NCBI RefSeq assembly: GCF_006345805.1
Contig: NC_043022.1
Location: forward strand, 12,152,001 to 12,216,000
Reading direction: 5' to 3'
Length of the DNA stretch: 64,000 nt
Origin: Octopus sinensis
Taxonomy: Eukaryota
Part shown: positions 63,566 to 64,000 of the stretch, piece after piece
How positions within the stretch are numbered: the stretch's first letter is position 1
Layout of the letters: each line of letters starts with the position of its first letter
The notes under the pieces: generated by a model
Seen by the model: only the letters and a program-made list of their open reading frames with translations
Told to the model about the DNA's origin: nothing
Databases searched by the model: none
Made by a program: the position numbers and the translations under genes

Positions 63566-64000
63566 ACACCACACCTGATGTCCCTCTCCACTCACCTTTG
63601 TTTTTAAAACAACTCATTCACCATTCACTTCCTGTGCATTATTCCATGTCATGTTCATGCAGTTTTTGGCTACTCTTCCTGATAAATTGTAGTGCACCTA
63701 AGCACTGCACTCTATACAATGTTGATCAGGCACCCGTGGCTTTTGTGGGGTTTTCCTTGAGGACCTTAAAGCACCCCCCTTATTGGGAGTTTTGATTTGT
63801 TAATTTTAATTGTTATTTATATTGTTTACATGCGGAAAACTCATTGTATCGTCCCATTTTTGTCTTTTATGTTGTTGTATGTCCTTTAATGGTATTGCAT
63901 GTGAGCCCTTGTGGCTAATAAAAGAATGAATTATTATTATCATTATTATTATTGAAGGTGGCGAGCTGGCAGAAACATTAGCACGCCGGGCGAAATTCTT

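Overview
AT-rich, microsatellite- and SINE-dense animal DNA. The repeat families look like those of Octopus/coleoid cephalopods; this is inferred from memory, not from a search. Two spliced, frame-consistent genes lie on the + strand: TAF10 (4 coding exons, 2745-19219, 137 aa) and the Y-family translesion polymerase REV1 (20 coding exons, 26960-53673, about 1314 aa; BRCT, catalytic DMD and SCDE motifs, two UBMs, C-terminal domain). The rest is mostly tRNA-derived and RTE-tailed SINEs, CR1/RTE/R4/CRE LINE fragments, mariner/Tc1, piggyBac, hAT and Helitron-like non-autonomous elements, and simple repeats. Almost all other ORFs in the supplied track are repeat artefacts. Most notable unexplained signals: (1) several distinct types of hammerhead-ribozyme-like motifs, one structurally near-complete; (2) inverted repeat pairs bracketing REV1 exons, including the catalytic SCDE exon; (3) an S-P-x-K repeat block in REV1; (4) a TGACCATCAC/YCAY-dense repeat starting at the REV1 stop codon; (5) a homogenised 100-bp SINE-derived tandem array in a TAF10 intron. 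All alignments and folds were done by eye.
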